A stretch of 64,000 nucleotides of DNA from an uncultured Acidobacteriota bacterium (GTDB lineage: Bacteria; Acidobacteriota; Thermoanaerobaculia; UBA5066). The position numbers were made by a program, and so were the translations under genes. Below are positions 62,981 to 64,000 of the stretch, piece by piece (position 1 is the first letter of the stretch; each line of letters opens with the position of its first letter). The notes below the pieces were generated by a model that did not search any database, was not told where the DNA came from, and was given only the letters and a program-made list of their open reading frames with translations. The stretch lies in NCBI GenBank assembly GCA_963779415.1, contig CAVZYA010000001.1:1760001-1824000 (forward strand). The letters are read 5' to 3'.

Positions 62981-63241
62981 ATGCGCACGACGCTCGCTCT
63001 CGACGATGACCTCTACCGGGAAGCCAGGAAGGCCGCGCTGGACGCCGGGACGACCGTGACCGCCCTGATCGAGACCGCTCTCCGGGAGAGCCTCCGCCGC
63101 CGGCATGGGCCCGCGATCCCGCGCAAGAGGAGCCGCCTGCCGACATTCCGCGGCCGCGGCCTGATGCCGGGCGTCGACCTCGACGACTCCGCTTCGCTCC
63201 TGGACCTCATGGAGGCCCATCATCCGGCTGCTCGACGTTAA
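62981..63241 (+). CDS. vapB: VapB-type RHH antitoxin
   Basis: MRTTLALDDDLYREARKAA..TVTALIETALRE..LPTF.G.GLMPGVDLDDSASLLDLM. Confidence 0.88.
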   Translation: MRTTLALDDDLYREARKAALDAGTTVTALIETALRESLRRRHGPAIPRKRSRLPTFRGRGLMPGVDLDDSASLLDLMEAHHPAARR

Positions 63242-63656
63242 CGTCCTCGTCTACGCGCATCGCGAGGACGCCGAGAACCACGCGCTCTTCCGGGACTGGC
63301 TGAGAACCGTCGTGGACGGGGACGAGCCCTTTGGCGTTCCCTCGCTCGTCTTCAGCGGGTTCCTCCGGGTCGTGACGCACCCGGGCATCTTCTTCGTTCC
63401 CTCCCCGCTCACGAGAGCGCTCGGCTTCGTCGAGGGAGTCCGCGGTTCCGTCGCTTTCGTCTCTGTCGAGCCCGGGCCGCGCCACTGGACGATCTTCCGG
63501 AGGCTCTGCGAAGAGGCGGGGGCAAAGGGAAACCTGATCGCCGACGCCTATCTCGCCGGCATCGCGATCGAGCAAGGGTGCGAGTGGATCACCACGGACC
63601 GCGACTATTCGCGGTTCGGGGGTCTGAAAACGCGCCACCCTCTGAGAACGACGTGA
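63222..63656 (+). CDS. vapC: VapC-type PIN-domain toxin (non-canonical start)
   Basis: IRLLDVNVLVYAHRED, GFLRVVTHP, GNLIADAYLAGIAIEQG and TTDRDYSRF motifs; the PIN N-terminus lies upstream of the ORF-track start at 63312. Confidence 0.88.
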   Translation: MRLLDVNVLVYAHREDAENHALFRDWLRTVVDGDEPFGVPSLVFSGFLRVVTHPGIFFVPSPLTRALGFVEGVRGSVAFVSVEPGPRHWTIFRRLCEEAGAKGNLIADAYLAGIAIEQGCEWITTDRDYSRFGGLKTRHPLRTT

Positions 63657-63666
63657 CCAGACGAAA

Positions 63667-64000
63667 TCAGAAGCTTCCGAGACGTTCGCCCACCTTCACG
63701 GGGCCGAGCGCGCGCGTCGGTCTCCATTCGTTCCTTCGCGATCCGCCGACGAGCAGGACCACCGTCGAGCCGAGCTCGAAAGCGCCGAGGTCGTCTCCCG
63801 GCGCGCACGGCAGCGCGCCGACGCCGAGCCTTCCCCGCGACGGGAGCGTCCGTCCTTCGAGCCAGCGTTCGTCGAGGACCACGCCGCCGACGTGCGTCGC
63901 CCCGACGAGGACGACCGCGGCGGCGAGGCCCCCGCACACCCCACTCCCTTCGGCAATCCAGTACGCCCGCCGGTTCCGGACGTAGAGTCCGCGGGTGAAC
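63667..64000 (-). CDS. psd: Phosphatidylserine decarboxylase proenzyme, 3' part
   Basis: GLYVRNRR..VLVGATHVG..LGAFELGSTVVLL (LGST autocleavage motif)..VKVGERLG; the 5' end lies outside the window. Confidence 0.85.
   Translation of the reverse strand, partial: FTRGLYVRNRRAYWIAEGSGVCGGLAAAVVLVGATHVGGVVLDERWLEGRTLPSRGRLGVGALPCAPGDDLGAFELGSTVVLLVGGSRRNEWRPTRALGPVKVGERLGSF

Overview
Very high-GC bacterial genomic DNA. Gene content and codon style suggest Acidobacteriota, perhaps Thermoanaerobaculia; this is inference. About 52 CDS are supportable. Left part (1-20.4 kb): a lipid kinase-DUF92 fusion, lptD, scoB/scoA/thiolase, ruvX-mltG, a pseudokinase-TonB fusion, a DsbA-like protein, a three-gene acyl-CoA carboxylase, tldD/tldE and selA. 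Middle (20.4-43.3 kb): a ~23 kb type IV pilus locus with several unusual parts. These are a ~1,970-aa PilY1 carrying a ~450-residue Thr/Pro tract inside its vWA domain, a HEAT-repeat-PilT fusion in tandem with a normal PilT, a prepilin peptidase with a PAS-like insertion, a degenerate second PilW, a YfhO-family GT-C protein, two paralogous pilins, and a split sigma-54 two-component system with candidate -24/-12 promoters. Right part: a PGM1-like ATP-grasp ligase; a cusCBA-type metal efflux operon led by a Cys-rich leader ORF with an anti-SD hairpin; malQ, GNAT, Ser/Thr kinase, RluA-family, MFS, SDR, VIT1, a SPOR protein, an amino-acid ABC transporter, a vapBC module (leaderless vapB, vapC lacking a canonical start) and the 3' end of psd. 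At least seven small indels break pilY1, pilD, cusA and cusC and are most likely sequencing errors. No rRNA, tRNA, CRISPR array or transposase was recognised. All family calls come from motif recognition by eye; no database search was run.
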